Assembly (NCBI GenBank): GCA_048213135.1
Contig: PS015055.1
Coordinates: forward strand, 26,823-81,589
Source: Reclinomonas americana ATCC 50394
Taxonomy: Eukaryota
Length of the DNA stretch: 54,767 bases
Direction: 5' to 3'
Under the pieces are notes generated by a model, which saw only the letters and a list, made by a program, of their open reading frames with translations, ran no database searches and was not told the origin of the DNA. Position 1 is the stretch's first letter. The number at the start of each line of letters is the position of its first letter. Shown one piece after another: positions 51,517 to 54,767 of this stretch. The position numbers were made by a program, and so were the translations under genes.

Positions 51517-54389
51517 TTAAAATTCAATCGTTAATCTCTGAAACACATCCTCCACCGCCACCATCTGCAAAAGAACAGCAAAAAGATGAGTAGCTTTGCC
51601 ATGTTCGTGGTCTGCGCGACATTAATACCTTCTCAAAGTCGTCAAAGCCGATCTTGCTGTCGGGAGTGAACGCGCTCACCTCGTCCATCGTCTTTCTCAC
51701 CAGCTGCGACGAGGAGTGGTTGTGAGAAGTCAAGCGCAGGCACATGAGCATCCTCATTGATTCTGACACAAACTACGCAGAATTATCAACTTTCATCCTG
51801 ACACTACAAAACACAGTCGTTCTCACATTAATGCACTTGCTCTCGCATACAACGCCACAGACACAACATAGTGGAGACCATCCTTTGTCACAGACGGCAC
51901 ACGCGCAGCCACACCGTTTCTTACACAACAGCGGCAAATATCAACTCTCAATACCACAAAGCACACACGATTTCTCGCCAAGTTTCCGACGCAAAGACAC
52001 TTGCTCTCGCATGCAACGCCACACACACAACAACAGCGAAGGATGCCAGAGACAGCACACGCGCACACCGTTTCTTACAAACAGAGACAATCATTAACTC
52101 TCACTCTGACACCACAAAGCACAGACGCTCACTCCTCTCTCGCCAAATTTCTGACGCAAAGACACATGCTCTCGCATGCAACGCCACAGACACAACAACA
52201 GCGAACACGCATTCTCTCGCAAACCCGCGAACACAGAGACACACGTGCCACGTCAATGACCAGCCACAACTGCACAAATCTTCCAACTCTGACTGCATCC
52301 ACAGCACACAGCTTCCCTCCCCTTCTCTCCTCATCCCCCTTTCCCCTATTCCTTTCCCCTCCTCACACCTCATCAATCATGTCATTCGACACGTACTGCT
52401 CGCTGTTGCCCAGCACCCGTCGCACCGCGCGATCCAAATCACTCATCGAAATGTACCCGTCGCCATCCGTATCGTACAGCTTAAAGAGGAACTTGAGTTT
52501 CCAGTCCTGCGGGGCGCGCGGAGAGAACACCGCCAGCGCAATTACCAGCTCGCGGAATGTCAGCTGGTTGTCGCCTGCATGGTGGGAGTGAGAGGGTGAG
52601 TGGCGACGGGAGAGCGACAGCGGGAAGGGGCGTACCATTGAGATCGAGAATCTCCAGAATGCGCTCGCAGAAAGGGTTGGATTGGAACTCCTCAAAGTTC
52701 ATGAATTCTGGGGAAAGGGGGGAGGTGAGCGCATGAGGGGGGAAGTAGGTGAAGAAACACGAGGGTGGTGAAAGAGAGANNNNNNNNNNNNNNNNNNNNN
52801 NNNNNNNNNNNNNNNNNNNNNNNNNNNNNNNNNNNNNNNNNNNNNNNNNNNNNNNNNNNNNNNNNNNNNNNNNNNNNNNNNNNNNNNNNNNNNNNNNNNN
52901 NNNNNNNNNNNNNNNNNNNNNNNNNNNNNNNNNNNNNNNNNNNNNNNNNGACTGCACGACGTCTTCCAAAGTACTGACAGTTGGCGGACAAGACCGCTCA
53001 GGAGCCCGCTGCCGTGATCTCAAGAACTCTGGGGATAGAGTAGGACACGCAAGAGAGGTGATGATGGATGCAGCGAGAGGTGGCTTCGAGACAAGAATGC
53101 GACAAAAACGCACTGACTCACTTGCCCGCCTCCATCAGCCGAAGGACTAACGTGACAGAACGAGAAGAACGCAACTGTCTCTAGCACGAAGCAGTCTGAT
53201 GCGAGACACGCGACACACACAAGCCCACTCGGCTGGCTCGCTAACAATCTATGTACGGGACGACAGATGCCAACAACACGCAGAAGGGCGAAAGGAGGTC
53301 ATCAAAATGCTAGAAACACTGCAAGGACTCGGATGAGATCACAAGATAGATGGAGAGGTGGCTGGCGCAGTGAGAGTCTCTTCCACTGACAGACGAAATA
53401 AGCATTGGNNNNNNNNNNNNNNNNNNNNNNNNNNNNNNNNNNNNNNNNNNNNNNNNNNNNNNNNNNNNNNNNNNNNNNNNNNNNNNNNNNNNNNNNNNNN
53501 NNNNNNNNNNNNNNNNNNNNNNNNNNNNNNNNNNNNNNNNNNNNNNNNNNNNNNNNNNNNNNNNNNNNNNNNNNNNNNNNNNNNNNNNNNNNNNNNNNNN
53601 NNNNNNNNNNNNNNNNNNNNNNNNNNNNNNNNNNNNNNNNNNNNNNNNNNNNNNNNNNNNNNNNNNNNNNNNNNNNNNNNNNNNNNNNNNNNNNNNNNNN
53701 NNNNNNNNNNNNNNNNNNNNNNNNNNNNNNNNNNNNNNNNNNNNNNNNNNNNNNNNNNNNNNNNNNNNNNNNNNNNNNNNNNNNNNNNNNNNNNNNNNNN
53801 NNNNNNNNNNNNNNNNNNNNNNNNNNNNNNNNNNNNNNNNNNNNNNNNNNNNNNNNNNNNNNNNNNNNNNNNNNNNNNNNNNNNNNNNNNNNNNNNNNNN
53901 NNNNNNNNNNNNNNNNNNNNNNNNNNNNNNNNNNNNNNNNNNNNNNNNNNNNNNNNNNNNNNNNNNNNNNNNNNNNNAAGCCCCAAGCTCTCGCATGATA
54001 GCACGCAAGACAACTACCACGAGAGTTGATTTCAGACTCAGGTGGAACGTGCAACAATCAGCTTGCTCCCCACTGTAAACCAACACGCGGCTCACCATCC
54101 AACGTGATCACTCCCGAGTCCGTCGGATCGTGTTTCCTGCCAACACGCGCAACGTCACTATCCTCGCTCACCGATGGAACATCACGCACACACACACACA
54201 CACCGAAATCGATCAAACAGTCGCAAAACCTCCTTCTCGGTGACTGAGAGAGAGAGAGAGCGAGTGAGCGAAAAAGAATGAAGGCGCTGAAGGAGAATGA
54301 GAGAGAGACACAGCAAGCAACAGACCCACTCGGCAACTTGAGAGCTCATCAGTGATCTCTGGACGGCTTTTGCGACAAGCTGCACCCAT
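51517..54389 (-). CDS. Calcineurin B / CHP / CIB-like EF-hand calcium sensor, 177 aa, N-myristoylation-type start
   Basis: Seven phase-compatible exons: 54389-54338, 54243-54204, 54136-54096, 52707-52636, 52574-52369, 51703-51629, 51564-51517. They give MGAAC...EKEVLRLFDRFRKHDPTDSGVITLDEFMNFEEFQSNPFCERILEILDLNGDNQLTFREL...WKLKFLFKLYDTDGDGYIS...KIGFDDFEK...LTIEF*. Exon 1 is the least certain. Confidence 0.88.
51835..52210. repeat. Imperfect ~165-bp-period repeat in an intron of the EF-hand gene
   Basis: tgctctcgcat.caacgccaca.acacaaca occurs at ~51838, ~52002 and ~52167; gacgcaaagacac occurs at ~51988 and ~52153. Confidence 0.75.
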
Positions 54390-54559
54390 CTCTCACACAC
54401 TCGATCACCCAGAGCATACAACAACAACATTACACGCTCTCTCACACACTCAGCAGTGATCAATCATTCATTCACTCTCAGTCATGTACTCTGCCAGCAA
54501 GCTGCCACACAACCCATCTCACACACAATCACCCAGAGCATACAGCAACAGCACGCGCT

Positions 54560-54767
54560 CTCTCTCTCTCTCACTCACTCACTGTACTCATTCTTACTCT
54601 CTCACTCACTCACTCACTCACTTACTCACTCACTCACTCACTCACTCACTCACTCTCTCACTCATTCTCTCACTCACCCACTCCCTCACTCCCCTCTCTC
54701 TCGCTCCTCTCGCGCTCTCACTCACTCACTCACTCACTCACACACACACTCACTCTGTCTCTCACAC
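54560..54767. repeat. (CTCA)n / CT-rich microsatellite
   Basis: Long degenerate ctca tetranucleotide run reaching the window end. Confidence 0.9.

Noticed and set aside
52950-53408. Small contig with splice-like signals inside the EF-hand gene
   Set aside because: The protein is complete when 54096 is spliced to 52707, and the candidate exons here run into stops. It is treated as intronic or misplaced.
40848-54098. Long ORFs full of X in the ORF track
   Set aside because: They are artefacts of translating through N gaps.

Overview
This is eukaryotic, probably protist, genomic DNA from a gapped draft assembly, with short GT-AG introns and microsatellite-rich non-coding tracts. I spliced five genes by hand. 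(1) The 3' end of an RGS-domain gene (+, 796-1249). (2) A giant midasin/Rea1-like gene (-, ~39771-1329, at least 11,960 aa) with a six-module AAA+ ring that has an unusual alternating intact/degenerate pattern, a ~7,500-aa linker holding coiled coils and five tandem ASH/PapD-like Ig domains, and three C-terminal VWA/MIDAS domains of different types; most of it sits in one 28,127-nt exon. (3) A tandem di-SUMO gene (+, 40941-44386) whose second domain keeps a QEGG motif and an acidic tail. (4) A secreted mosaic protein (+, 45401-51247) with Cys-paired beta-sandwich repeats, H-type-lectin-like domains, a knottin, EGF repeats and 14 BNR/Asp-box blades. (5) A myristoylated calcineurin-B/CHP-like EF-hand gene (-, 54389-51517). 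The best candidate for an undescribed system is the giant AAA-Ig-triple-VWA protein. All domain calls come from motif recognition by eye; no searches were run.
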